The position numbers were made by a program, and so were the translations under genes. The notes beneath the pieces are model-generated. The model had not been told where the DNA came from, made no database searches, and was given only the letters and a program-made list of their open reading frames with translations. From the NCBI GenBank assembly GCA_943368365.1, contig CALRKZ020000001.1, positions 29,128-93,127 of the forward strand: DNA of 64,000 nucleotides. Direction: 5' to 3'. The DNA is from Mesorhizobium carmichaelinearum (GTDB lineage Bacteria > Cyanobacteriota > Cyanobacteriia > PCC-6307 > Cyanobiaceae). Positions 1-11,642 of this stretch are shown piece after piece (the first letter of the stretch is position 1; each line of letters starts with the position of its first letter).

Positions 1-536
1 CGCTGCTGCACCGGCTGCTGGCCCACCTGGCCGATTCGATCGCCGCCTACGTGAGCTACCAGATCGAGAGCGGCGCCCAGGTGGTGCAGCTGTTCGATTC
101 CTGGGCCGGCCAGCTCAGCCCGATCGACTACGACGTGTTCGCCGCGCCGTATCAGAAGCGGGTGGTGGATCAGGTGAAGGCGAAGCACCCCGACACCCCG
201 CTGATCCTCTACATCTCCGGCAGCGCCGGGGTGCTGGAGCGGATGGCCACCACCGGGGTGGATTTCATCTCGCTCGACTGGACGGTGGACATGGCCGACG
301 GCTGCGCCCGCCTGCCCCAGCACCTGGGGGTGCAGGGCAACGTTGATCCCGGCCTGCTGTTCGGCACCCCCGAGGCGATCCGCGAGCGCATCCTCGACAC
401 GGTGCGCAAGGCCCGTGGCCGGCGCCACATCCTCAACCTGGGCCACGGCATCCTGCCCGGCACCCCCGAGGAGAACGCCCGGGTGTTCTTCGAGGCCGGC
501 AAGGCCGTGAACGAGCTGCTGGGAGCGGCCGTTTGA
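1..536 (+). CDS. hemE: Uroporphyrinogen decarboxylase, C-terminal part (5' end lies outside the window)
   Basis: The frame of ORF 51..536 stays open to base 1. The translation (QLFDSWAG..., ISLDW..., [22 protein letters not shown]) matches the conserved URO-D C-terminal half. Confidence 0.9.
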   Translation, partial: LLHRLLAHLADSIAAYVSYQIESGAQVVQLFDSWAGQLSPIDYDVFAAPYQKRVVDQVKAKHPDTPLILYISGSAGVLERMATTGVDFISLDWTVDMADGCARLPQHLGVQGNVDPGLLFGTPEAIRERILDTVRKARGRRHILNLGHGILPGTPEENARVFFEAGKAVNELLGAAV

Positions 537-1549
537 GGCGCGAGCGGATCCTGATCACCGGCGCCAGCGGCTGCGTCGGCCAGCACATCGCCCGCCGCCT
601 CTACGACGACTCCGATGCCGAGCTGCTGCTCTGGCTCCGCGACCCGGCCAAGCTCACGGCCGTGCCGGCCCGGGATCCCCGCATCACCCTGCTGGTGGGA
701 GACCTGCGCGATCAGGAGCCCCACGCCGCGGCGATCGCCAGCGCCACGCGGCTGATCCACACCGCCACCGCCTGGGGGGATCCGGAGCGCGCCCGCCAGG
801 TGAACGTGGAGGCGGTGAAGGACCTGCTGGCCCGGCTGGACCCGCAGCGGCTGAAGCAGGTGATCTACTTCTCCACCGCCAGCATCCTCGACCGCGATCT
901 CAAGCTGCTGCCGGAGGCGATGGCCCACGGCACCGAATACATCCAGACCAAGGCCCAGTGCCTCGAGCAGCTCGAGCGCCATCCCCTGGCCGGGCGGATC
1001 GTGGCCGTGTTCCCCACCCTGGTGTTCGGCGGGCGGATCGACGGCGGCGGCCCCTTCCCCACCAGCTACCTCACCGGCGGCCTGCGGGAGGCGGTGCGCT
1101 GGCTGTGGCTGGCGCGCTGGCTGCGGGCCGACGCCAGCTTCCACTACATCCATGCCGCCGATATCGCCCTGGTGTGCTGCCACCTGGCACTGGGGCCGCA
1201 GCAGGCCAATCCGGAACCCGGCCAGGGGGCGGTGCGGCGGCTGGTGCTCGGCCAGCCCGTGGTGAGCGTCAACGACACGTTGAGCCGGCTGTGCCGCTGG
1301 CGGCGCTGCTGGCGGCCGCCGCTGGGGCTGGATCTGCGGGGGTGGCTGATCGAGGGCCTGATCCGGCTGCTGCGGATCGAGGTGACGCCATGGGATCGCT
1401 TCAGCATCCGCCAGCGCCACTTCGTGCACGAGCCGGTGAGCCCCCCGGAGCGGTTCGGCCTGGCCAGCCATGCCCCCAGCCTGGAGGCGGTGTTCGCCGA
1501 TGCGGGGCTGCCGCCGGGGAGCAAGCGGCTGCCCGTTCCAGCGCCATAG
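533..1549 (+). CDS. NAD-dependent epimerase/dehydratase family (SDR) protein
   Basis: N-terminal Rossmann motif [18 protein letters not shown]. The TTG start overlaps the hemE stop (TTGA). 338 aa. Confidence 0.7.
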   Translation: MRRERILITGASGCVGQHIARRLYDDSDAELLLWLRDPAKLTAVPARDPRITLLVGDLRDQEPHAAAIASATRLIHTATAWGDPERARQVNVEAVKDLLARLDPQRLKQVIYFSTASILDRDLKLLPEAMAHGTEYIQTKAQCLEQLERHPLAGRIVAVFPTLVFGGRIDGGGPFPTSYLTGGLREAVRWLWLARWLRADASFHYIHAADIALVCCHLALGPQQANPEPGQGAVRRLVLGQPVVSVNDTLSRLCRWRRCWRPPLGLDLRGWLIEGLIRLLRIEVTPWDRFSIRQRHFVHEPVSPPERFGLASHAPSLEAVFADAGLPPGSKRLPVPAP

Positions 1550-1581
1550 ACTTTCTTCCACTTTCTCGGCAGCTTCCCACC

Positions 1582-1965
1582 ATGGCCTCCTCCTTCTCTC
1601 GGCCGGGCTGGTCGCAGCTGGCCGCCCGTTGCTGCGCCGCGGTGCTGGTGCTGCTGCTGGGCCTGGGCCTGGCGGCACCGGCGCAGGCCGCCACGGTGGA
1701 GGTGAAGCTCGGCACCGACGGCGGCATGCTGGCCTTCGAACCCAGCACCGTCACGATCAGCAAGGGCGACACGGTGCGCTTCGTGAACAACAAACTGGCC
1801 CCCCACAACGCCGTGTTCGATGGCCACGAGGAACTCAGCCACTCCGATCTGGCCTTCACACCGGGTGAAAGCTGGGAGGAAACCTTCAGCGAAGCCGGCA
1901 CCTACTCCTACTGGTGCGAGCCCCACCGCGGCGCCGGCATGGTGGGCAAGGTGATCGTGGAATGA
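1582..1965 (+). CDS. petE: Plastocyanin precursor
   Basis: Signal peptide ending APAQA, then [16 protein letters not shown]...[16 protein letters not shown]...[20 protein letters not shown], which carries the type-1 copper ligands H, C, H, M. ATG at 1582 lies inside the long spurious ORF 958..1965. Confidence 0.92.
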   Translation: MASSFSRPGWSQLAARCCAAVLVLLLGLGLAAPAQAATVEVKLGTDGGMLAFEPSTVTISKGDTVRFVNNKLAPHNAVFDGHEELSHSDLAFTPGESWEETFSEAGTYSYWCEPHRGAGMVGKVIVE

Positions 1966-2090
1966 GGCGGCCTGCCGCAGCGGCGATCACGTTCCGCTGA
2001 CAAGGCGGCGATCCATTGTTTCGATCCCTTTCCGCCGCCCGCGGTGAAACGTGGGCGGCACTTTATTTTGTAGCCGTTGCACGCTCCTCG

Positions 2091-2432
2091 ATGCGCCGCC
2101 TGCTTTCCTTCTTCGCCGTCTGCCTCGCGCTGCTGTTGGGCGCCGCTCCCAGCTTCGCCGCCGATGCCGCCCACGGTGGTCAACTCTTCTCCGCCAACTG
2201 CGCGGCCTGCCACATGGGCGGCGGCAACGTGGTGAACGCCGAGCGCACCCTCAAGGCCGACGCCCTCGAGGCCTACCTGGCCAACTACAGCGCCGGCCAC
2301 GAGGCGGCGATCGCCACCCAGGTCACCAACGGCAAGAACGCGATGCCGGCCTTCGGCGGCAAGCTCAGCGCCGACGACATCGCCGATGTGGCGGCCTATG
2401 TGGAAGAGATGGCCTCGAAGGGCTGGGCCTGA
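2091..2432 (+). CDS. petJ: Cytochrome c6 precursor
   Basis: Signal peptide [23 protein letters not shown], heme motif CAACH, and the downstream NAMPAF Met ligand region. Internal ATG at 2091 of ORF 2016..2432. Confidence 0.9.
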   Translation: MRRLLSFFAVCLALLLGAAPSFAADAAHGGQLFSANCAACHMGGGNVVNAERTLKADALEAYLANYSAGHEAAIATQVTNGKNAMPAFGGKLSADDIADVAAYVEEMASKGWA

Positions 2433-2567
2433 TCCACGGCCGCTTTGATCCACGGTTCCTCCAGCCGGGCCCACCCCATCACGGGGTGGGCTTTTCCATT
2501 TGTCTCGGCGCACTGGGCGGCGCCGCCGTGCGGCGCCATGGTGAAGCTCTTCCCCGGAGCGGATGCC

Positions 2568-2849
2568 ATGGCGCTGGAGCAGCTCGAGCGGCTCGTGCAC
2601 GACGCCGAAACCCAGCCGGCCCTGCGGCAGCAGCTGCGGGGCTGCACCACCTGGCAGGCGCTGATCGCCGAGGCCACATTGCTGGGCTACGCAATCACCC
2701 GGGCCGATCTGCAGCAGGCCAGCCAGGAGGAGGCCGCCAGCCGCTTCCTGGAGAACTCGCGGATCGGGGCGGTGAGGGATCTGATGGGAGCGGTGCCGGG
2801 CCGCCGGCCTCAGCTCAGCTGGCGGCGCCTGGCCAGCACCGCCAGGTAG
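2568..2849 (+). CDS. Nif11-domain protein (Nif11-like leader-type helical domain, no obvious GG cleavage site)
   Basis: MALEQLERLVHDAETQPALRQQL...WQALIAEATLLGYAITRADLQ follows the Nif11 N-terminal pattern. ATG at 2568 lies inside ORF 2445..2849. The 3' end overlaps the convergent ORF by 40 nt. Confidence 0.55.
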   Translation: MALEQLERLVHDAETQPALRQQLRGCTTWQALIAEATLLGYAITRADLQQASQEEAASRFLENSRIGAVRDLMGAVPGRRPQLSWRRLASTAR

Positions 2850-3016
2850 AGCTCCTCGGGAACCTCGCGGATGTCGTATTCGCTGGGGAGCACGCCATGG
2901 GCATGGCGATGCACCGCCATCCAGCAGTTGCGCTCCGGGTCCTTGCCGGAGGCATCGAACTGGCGCGATTCTTCAGCCAGCCGTTGCACCAGCTCCTCGT
3001 GGCTTTCGCTCGCCAT
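2810..3016 (-). CDS. Small hypothetical protein (68 aa)
   Basis: Clean ATG ORF with balanced amino-acid composition, unlike the Arg/Ala/Pro-rich spurious frames nearby. No family recognised. Confidence 0.4.
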   Translation of the reverse strand: MASESHEELVQRLAEESRQFDASGKDPERNCWMAVHRHAHGVLPSEYDIREVPEELYLAVLARRRQLS

Positions 3017-3343
3017 GGTTTGTCCCGTTCGATCCGGCCGCCTCGCGCCATCATGGCCGCCGCCCGCGGCTGCGGCGGGGGGGTGCTGCTGGTGCTGATC
3101 AGCGGCGCGGTGGCTCCGGATGGCTGCCCGCTGCTGGTGCCGCGCTCCCAGGCGGTGTTCCAGCCGGTGCGGCTGCCCCCGGAAGCGGTGGCGCGCAAGA
3201 ACGCCGGCGGCTGCCTCTCGGCCGCCGACGCGCTTTACGGCGCCGATGGCTGCCCGAGCAGGCTGTGCCCACCGGCAAGGCCGGACCTGGAACTGTGAGA
3301 CCGGGCGTGAGACCAGGGGCCGGCAGGGCCAGCAGCCCTCGGC

Positions 3344-3817
3344 TCAGCGGCAGCCGGACACCGAGATCGTGTAGCTGAAGCCAGTGGCGTTGGCGTTGTA
3401 GCCGGAGCCCACCTTCACGTTCACCTGGGTCACGAGCTTGCCGGCGGGCGGCTGAAAGGGGCCGAACTGGCGGAACTGGCCGGGCTGGGCATCGAGCGTC
3501 TCGTTGACCACCTGCAGGTTGGTGCCGTCGCTGAATTTCAGGTAGGCCTGGATCGGATAGGGCCCGGCCTTGCTGGAGGTTGACTTGAAGTTCACCTTGT
3601 AGCTGCGGAACGGCTCGGTGACGGTGAAGTCGGTGTTGAAGTTGGTGCGGCCGAAGGGAAACACCAGGGGGCCATCGAGCTGGATGCTCTTGCTCACGCT
3701 CGTGCCGCCGCCCACCGCCGGCAGATAGACGCAACGCTGGGCGTGGGCCGCCGGGGCCAGCACCAGCAGCAGCAGCGGCAGGGCCGCGAGCTGCGCGGTG
3801 CGGGGGCGATGGAGCAT
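3344..3817 (-). CDS. Secreted hypothetical protein
   Basis: Internal ATG at 3817 gives MLHRPRTAQLAALPLLLLVLAPAAHA followed by QRC. This is a signal-peptide-like N-terminus. The mature part is beta-rich with one Cys near each end. Confidence 0.55.
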   Translation of the reverse strand: MLHRPRTAQLAALPLLLLVLAPAAHAQRCVYLPAVGGGTSVSKSIQLDGPLVFPFGRTNFNTDFTVTEPFRSYKVNFKSTSSKAGPYPIQAYLKFSDGTNLQVVNETLDAQPGQFRQFGPFQPPAGKLVTQVNVKVGSGYNANATGFSYTISVSGCR

Positions 3818-3965
3818 GGCGGCAGGCGGGCGAGTGCCCTGAAAGGTAAAGAGTGCACGCACCTTTGGTTCGGTTCATTCGCCCTTTGTTTCGGGCTGGC
3901 CACCCTGGTGGAAGGGGTGGAGCGCCCATAGGGTTTTTCCACAGCCCATCGTCGCGAGATCTCCG

Positions 3966-6599
<2,634 letters not shown>

Positions 6600-6610
6600 G
6601 GACCAACCAA

Positions 6611-6643
6611 GGAAAAACCCCCAACCGGAAATCCGGCTGGGGG
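6611..6643. terminator. Hairpin between convergent clpB and the acidic-protein gene
   Basis: cccccaaccgg-aaat-ccggctggggg (6618..6643, one mismatch) is preceded by an A5 run. On the minus strand this reads as a stem followed by T5. It sits between the stop codons at 6599 and 6678. Confidence 0.5.
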
Positions 6644-6677
6644 TGGAACGGGACGGCCGGGGCCGACGAGCCATTGA

Positions 6678-7190
6678 TCAGGTGCTGCTGCCGCCGGGGA
6701 AGAGGTCGTCGATGAAGCGATCCTCGAAGTCGGAATCGGCACCCAGGGCGTTGAAGTCGCCAGACTTGAAGGCTTCCAGTGTCTTGGGATCGCCGGAGAT
6801 CAGGCCCACCAGATCGGTGAGGCTGAAATCGCCTTCCTCAGCACCGCCGAACACGATGGGATCGAGAACCTCGTAGAGGTCTTCGAGGGAAGGATCCGTT
6901 CCGACGGCGCCTTCGAAGGCCAGCGAGATGGATTCTGGTGGAAGCGTGCCGCCGGCATGGCCGATCACCAAGGTGTCATCTTCGGTGACCTGGCTCTGCA
7001 GGAGATCGATCTTGGTGTCGAAGAGCTCCTGGATGTCGTCGAGAGCTTCGCTGTACTCGGCCCGCTTGACCGGGTCGTTGATCTGCTCGATCAGATCTTC
7101 CTTGGCCTCGAATTCTTTCTCGTAGCGATCTTCGATCTTTTCCAGAAGGCTGGTGAAACCACCACTAACGGACAGTGTTGTTGCGGCCAT
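6678..7190 (-). CDS. Highly acidic Cys-free hypothetical protein (170 aa)
   Basis: ATG ORF rich in D/E, with no Cys and no signal peptide. It is visibly lower in GC than its neighbours. No family recognised. Confidence 0.6.
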   Translation of the reverse strand: MAATTLSVSGGFTSLLEKIEDRYEKEFEAKEDLIEQINDPVKRAEYSEALDDIQELFDTKIDLLQSQVTEDDTLVIGHAGGTLPPESISLAFEGAVGTDPSLEDLYEVLDPIVFGGAEEGDFSLTDLVGLISGDPKTLEAFKSGDFNALGADSDFEDRFIDDLFPGGSST

Positions 7191-7566
7191 GGCTGCAGGT
7201 GAGTTTGGAACTCAGAGTGCAGGAACCCACGAGGAGCCCCCAGTGCGCCAACCATATCAGTGATTTCCAAGGCGTTTCTCCCAGAGCACTCGGCGCAGTG
7301 GGCAAGACCCGTGGGGTCACGTTGGATTCGTATCGACCGGCACGATTGGGGGGGTGACGGCAATACGTTGGCTCAGCGCGGGACACCTTGGGACTGAGCT
7401 GAGCGGGGCGCTTAAATGTTGTCCATGGCACCAAATAACCCGTTCTTCGCCGAATTTCCGGACCCGCCTTAATCATATTTCACTCCGTGTATCAGCATTT
7501 CTTATCAGTGGACGACGGCCGGACTGACCTCTTCCCGGTGATCGGGAATCGCTCACAGAGCCGAGG

Positions 7567-8958
7567 GTGGGAGGCCGCGATCGGTGTGGTCCCCTAGTGC
7601 CATCCCCTGTGCTCCCACCCGTGCCCAGGTCGCTCGGCGACTGCCTGCAGCTGGCCCAACGCTGCGAACGGCGGCACGACTGGATGGGGGCGGCGGCGGC
7701 CTACGGGCAGGCCCTGCCATTGGCTCCTGGCGATCACCGGCTGCTGGTGAACCAGGGCCATGCCCTCTGGATGGCGGATCTGCCCCAGGCCGCGGAGCGC
7801 TGCTACCGCCGGGCGGTGGCCCTTGCCCCCGGGAGCGCCGAGGCCCGCTGCGGCCTGGGCCATTGCCTGCGGGATCTGAACCGGTTCGAGGAGGCCGACG
7901 CGATGTACGCGAGCGCTGAAGGCTGCCAGGCCCGGCTGGGTCGCAGCCAGGTGCTGATCGGTCTGGAGGCCTACGACGAGGGCTTCGCCGCCGCCGAGGC
8001 CCGCCTGGAGGTGGAGCACTGGGAGCCGTTCCGGCCGGCCCCCTTCTGGGGCGGGACATCGCTTGACGGGCTCGAAGCCTCCCAGGATCTGTGGATCTGG
8101 ACGGAGCAGGGCTTCGGCGACACCTTCCAGTTTCTGCGCTGGGTGCCGGTGCTGGCCGAAGCGCGGGCACGGCAGGCGCTGGAGGGTGGTGGGCGGGCCG
8201 GCGAGCTCCATCTGGTGGTGGAGCCCGCCCTGGTGCGGATCCTGCGCGAGGGGCTGGCCTGGATGGAGAGTCCACCCCAGGTGCTCGCCAAGGACGCCCT
8301 GCGGTTCGAACCGCTCAGCTGCCACGGGCCGCTGATGGGCCTGCCCCACCAGCTGGGAGGTGCCCCCCTGCCCGCGCCGGATGCCGCCCTGCTGCGTTCA
8401 CCGCTCTGGAGCGCGGCGGGTCCGTCGCTGCTGCCGGAGCGCCAGGCGGCCGGTGAGCGGGTGGGGATCGTGTGGGCGTCGGGCCGGAAGCTCGAGGACC
8501 CCTTCGCCGAGCGGGAATACCGTAAGCGCAGCCTGCCGGGGGATGCGCTCTGGCGTCTGGTCGCGGGCCTGCAGGCCGCCGGCGCCGACGTGGTGCCGTT
8601 GCAGTTCGGCGACGATGTGGACCTGGCGGCCGCGCTGGGTTTCGAGCTGGCCTGGCCGCGGCTCGAGCTGGGGGATTTCGCCCAGGTGGCCCGGGTGGTG
8701 GCCCAGCTCGACCTGGTGATCAGCGTGGACACGGCGATGGCCCATCTGCTCGGGGCGCTGGGGGCACCGGGCTGGATCCTGCTGCCGTGGAGCGCGGATC
8801 CCCGCTGGCTGCGGCAGCGCGACGACAGCCCCTGGCATCCCAGTCTGCGGCTGTTTCGCCAACCGTCGGGCGGGGCCTGGGCGGAGGCGATCGACGGCCT
8901 GCTCAGGGCCTTCGACGAGCGGACTGGAGCAGAAGGAGGCTCTCGAGCCAGGCCATGA
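7567..8958 (+). CDS. TPR-repeat protein fused to a glycosyltransferase family 9 (heptosyltransferase-like) domain
   Basis: N-terminal TPR-like repeats (YRRAVALAPGSAEARCGLGHCL). The C-terminal part has GFGDTFQFLRWVP and VISVDTAMAHLLGALGAPGWILLP, typical of GT9-type domains. The GTG start is uncertain. Confidence 0.7.
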   Translation: MGGRDRCGPLVPSPVLPPVPRSLGDCLQLAQRCERRHDWMGAAAAYGQALPLAPGDHRLLVNQGHALWMADLPQAAERCYRRAVALAPGSAEARCGLGHCLRDLNRFEEADAMYASAEGCQARLGRSQVLIGLEAYDEGFAAAEARLEVEHWEPFRPAPFWGGTSLDGLEASQDLWIWTEQGFGDTFQFLRWVPVLAEARARQALEGGGRAGELHLVVEPALVRILREGLAWMESPPQVLAKDALRFEPLSCHGPLMGLPHQLGGAPLPAPDAALLRSPLWSAAGPSLLPERQAAGERVGIVWASGRKLEDPFAEREYRKRSLPGDALWRLVAGLQAAGADVVPLQFGDDVDLAAALGFELAWPRLELGDFAQVARVVAQLDLVISVDTAMAHLLGALGAPGWILLPWSADPRWLRQRDDSPWHPSLRLFRQPSGGAWAEAIDGLLRAFDERTGAEGGSRARP

Positions 8959-10141
8959 GCGCCTGGGTGCAGTGGTCACGGCTGAAGCGCTGCCGCACGG
9001 TGGAGCGGGCCGCCGCGCCGAGGTGGTGGTGGGCGGCGGGGTCGCGCAGCACCGCCGAGAGGGTGGAGGCGATCGCCTCCGGATCCTCGAGCGGCACCAG
9101 CAGTCCGTTCTCGCCGTGGTGGATCACCTCCCGCACCGGCGCGGTGTCGGAGGCCACCACCACGGCCCCGCAGGCCATCGCCTCCAGCAGGCTCCACGAG
9201 AGCACATAGGGATAGGAGAGGTAGGCGTGCACGCTGCTCACTTGCAGCAGCGCGGTGAGCTGGTCGCGGGGCAGCGGGCCCACCGCATGGAAGCGCTCGG
9301 GATCGATGGCCGGGCCGAGCCGCTCGCGCATCGCCCCCGCATAGCCGCCGGGGTGGGGGCTGGGGGGGTCGTAGCTGTGGCCCCCATCGCCCACCACCAC
9401 CACCTGGAGGTTGGGGTGCTCGCGGAACAAGGGCGGCAGGCAACGCATGAAGCGGCAGAAGCCGCGCAGGGGCTCCAGGCTGCGGCTCACGAAGGTGAGC
9501 ACCTGATCGTTCCGGCCGAGCGTCAGGCCAGGGGCCAGCTGGATCCGTCGGCCGGGATCCGGGCGGAGCCGAGCCGTGTCGACGCCCTCGTGGATCACCT
9601 GGATCCGGCCCCTCCAGGGGGCCGGGAAGCTGTCGCGCTGGAAGTGGGTGGGTGTGAGGGCCGCGTCGGCGTCGGCCAGGGCGGCGAGGGCGAGCAGGTT
9701 CTGGCGCGCGCTGCGCCGGAGCCGTTCGGTGCTCACGGCGGGCGCGTCCGGATCGCCGGTTTCCAGAAGCCCGGGGCTGCCGTAGAGCTCTGGATAGGCC
9801 ACCAGCAGGGCGTGGGGCCAGAGCCCGCGCAGATGGAGACCCTCGCCCCAGGCGCTGTGGAACAGCACCAGATCGGGCTCGAAGCCCTCGCTCCTGAGCG
9901 CAACAGCCCGATCGGCCACCCGCTCGGCGCGGATCAGGGCCAGCTCGAGGGCCGGATCGCGCAGGCCGGCGGGCAGCTCGCTGATCGGGGGCATCCGGTA
10001 GGGGTGGTGGTGGCAGCCGGGGGGCACGGCCGGGCCCTCCGCCAGGCCGATGGCGTGCACCTGGTGCCCCCGGGCCTGGAGCGCCGCCGCGGCGCCGCCG
10101 AACTGCGCCGGAAAGCTCTGGTGCACGAACAGGATCTGCAT
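8903..10141 (-). CDS. Glycosyltransferase family 4 (GT-B, group 1)
   Basis: MQILFVHQSFPAQFGG N-terminus. The C-terminal part has SYPYVLSWSLLEAMACGAVVVASDTAPVREVIHHGENGLLV, containing the E-x7-E region. ATG at 10141 lies inside ORF 8903..10183. Confidence 0.8.
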   Translation of the reverse strand: MQILFVHQSFPAQFGGAAAALQARGHQVHAIGLAEGPAVPPGCHHHPYRMPPISELPAGLRDPALELALIRAERVADRAVALRSEGFEPDLVLFHSAWGEGLHLRGLWPHALLVAYPELYGSPGLLETGDPDAPAVSTERLRRSARQNLLALAALADADAALTPTHFQRDSFPAPWRGRIQVIHEGVDTARLRPDPGRRIQLAPGLTLGRNDQVLTFVSRSLEPLRGFCRFMRCLPPLFREHPNLQVVVVGDGGHSYDPPSPHPGGYAGAMRERLGPAIDPERFHAVGPLPRDQLTALLQVSSVHAYLSYPYVLSWSLLEAMACGAVVVASDTAPVREVIHHGENGLLVPLEDPEAIASTLSAVLRDPAAHHHLGAAARSTVRQRFSRDHCTQALMAWLESLLLLQSARRRP

Positions 10142-10221
10142 CGGCTGCGGCTGTCTTGGCGACAAAGCCAGCCTGGACGCCATCGGTAAAGTTCACCCAC
10201 TTTTCAGCTCCGGAGCTCCGA

Positions 10222-11361
10222 ATGCCCTCCCTCCGTCGCCTGTTCGGACGTGGCAAGGCGAGCGATCAGCCGAGCAGTCCCCACCCGGCTCCCCAGGTGA
10301 ACCGGCTGGTGAGCACCCTCCCCGACGGGGCGGCCGCCCTGCCGGTGGATCTGGTGCCCTGGTCGGTGAAGCGGCTGCAGGTGATCTTCCAGCAGCTGAA
10401 TCAATCACCCAATCAACAAGCGGTGGAGGATGCCCAGGCGGCGCGGAGCTGCTTCACCAGGTTCTGGCTCACGGCGCCGCTCGACTTCCTGGAACTGCTC
10501 TACACCGGGCCGATCGGGCAGGCCTACCGGCTGATGCTCAACGGGGTGCTGCCGGCGCTGCCCCTGAGCCCGGCCGACGAGCGCTGCAAGGCGGCCCTCA
10601 CCCAGCGGCTGCACAAGGCCATCGGCCACCACGAAACCACCAACTTGCTGCTGGCGGTGATGCCCTACTACGACCACAACGCCATGAAGGTGGCCGATCC
10701 GCTGCGGCAGGTGCCGGAATGGCTGCTGGCCGATTATGCCGAGCGTTGCGACCCGAAGCTGAAGGCGATGCTGCTGAAGCGGGCGCCCCAGGCGAACGGG
10801 GCGGCCGGCCCCGCTCCCACCGCCCTGCTTGGCCCTGCCAGCCAGCCGGCCCTGCGGCCGGTGGGAAGCAGCGGGAATGGGGGCGGGACTGCCCAGCTGC
10901 CGCTGCTCTCACAGCGGCGCGGCCCGGAGGGCCTGGCCCTGATCCAGGACAACGAGTTTCTGGGACGGATGAGCGGCCTGATCAATCTCTATGCGATCGA
11001 CCCGAGCGATGCCGAGCTGAAGCGCGAACTGGCGGGGCTGCGGCGGCAGGTGGGCCAGATCTGGCTGGATGTGGACACCCAGCAGCTGCAGACGCTCTAC
11101 CGGGCGCCGTTCGGACAGCTCAGCCAGAACCTGATCGGATCGGGCTTCTCACGGGAGCCACTGGCCGCCGAGGACGAGGCCGCCCGCCGGCAGCTGGGGG
11201 CGATCGTGGGGTCGATGCAGCACCCGAGGGCCCTCAATGCCCTGATGGCGGCCCTGCTCTACTACCCGGCCGGCCGGGTGAATCTGAGCGCCGCCGAGGG
11301 CACGCTGCCCGAGTGGCTGGTGCAGGAGCTCAACCTGCTGCGCAGCCGGGCTCACTCGTGA
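10222..11361 (+). CDS. Hypothetical protein
   Basis: 380 aa from the ATG at 10222. Non-biased composition except for one Gly/Ala/Pro linker. No family recognised. Confidence 0.5.
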   Translation: MPSLRRLFGRGKASDQPSSPHPAPQVNRLVSTLPDGAAALPVDLVPWSVKRLQVIFQQLNQSPNQQAVEDAQAARSCFTRFWLTAPLDFLELLYTGPIGQAYRLMLNGVLPALPLSPADERCKAALTQRLHKAIGHHETTNLLLAVMPYYDHNAMKVADPLRQVPEWLLADYAERCDPKLKAMLLKRAPQANGAAGPAPTALLGPASQPALRPVGSSGNGGGTAQLPLLSQRRGPEGLALIQDNEFLGRMSGLINLYAIDPSDAELKRELAGLRRQVGQIWLDVDTQQLQTLYRAPFGQLSQNLIGSGFSREPLAAEDEAARRQLGAIVGSMQHPRALNALMAALLYYPAGRVNLSAAEGTLPEWLVQELNLLRSRAHS

Positions 11362-11642
11362 AACTCGCGCCACACGAGCCAGTAGGCCAGGTAGCCCACG
11401 GGAGGGGCTAGGAGCAGGGGTAGGAGGGCCAGCACGCCGATGCTGGCCGAGCTCCAGAGCATCAGGCCCACGCACACGGCGAGATAGGCCAGCAGCAGGG
11501 CCGCCACCAGCACGGGCCGGCTGGAGAGGCGCTGGCGCCAGCGCAGCGCCAGGCGCTCCCGGCGCACGCGGCTGAGCTGGCTCCGCGGCACGAAGGCCGA
11601 CCAGTCGGCGGGCGAGCCGGGCCCGGGGCGGCGGCGGGCCAT
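11352..11642 (-). CDS. Small membrane protein (96 aa, two predicted TM helices)
   Basis: Hydrophobic stretches VLVAALLLAYLAVCVGLMLW and IGVLALLPLLLAPPVGYLAYWLVW. Its ATG shares one base with the HlyD stop (TGATG). Confidence 0.5.
   Translation of the reverse strand: MARRRPGPGSPADWSAFVPRSQLSRVRRERLALRWRQRLSSRPVLVAALLLAYLAVCVGLMLWSSASIGVLALLPLLLAPPVGYLAYWLVWREFHE

Noticed and set aside
958-1581. Upstream two thirds of ORF 958..1965
   Set aside because: This part overlaps the SDR gene in another frame and is Ala/Arg/Pro/Gly-rich. Only the last 127 codons (plastocyanin, from the ATG at 1582) are credible. The same logic applies to the upstream parts of ORFs 20724..22880, 45870..48122, 54795..56789, 58875..61589 and 61610..62800.
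7158-7190. N-terminal MAATTLSVSGG of the acidic protein read as a double-glycine leader for the C39 exporter
   Set aside because: It is only 11 residues long and lacks the usual spacing of hydrophobic positions in GG leaders. The idea is kept only as a remark under the acidic-protein finding.
8301-8314. gcggttcgaaccgc, a T-arm-like palindrome that could hint at a tRNA
   Set aside because: It lies in frame inside the TPR-GT9 coding sequence (LRFEPLS). No acceptor, D or anticodon arms can be built around it. I found no tRNA-like cloverleaf elsewhere.
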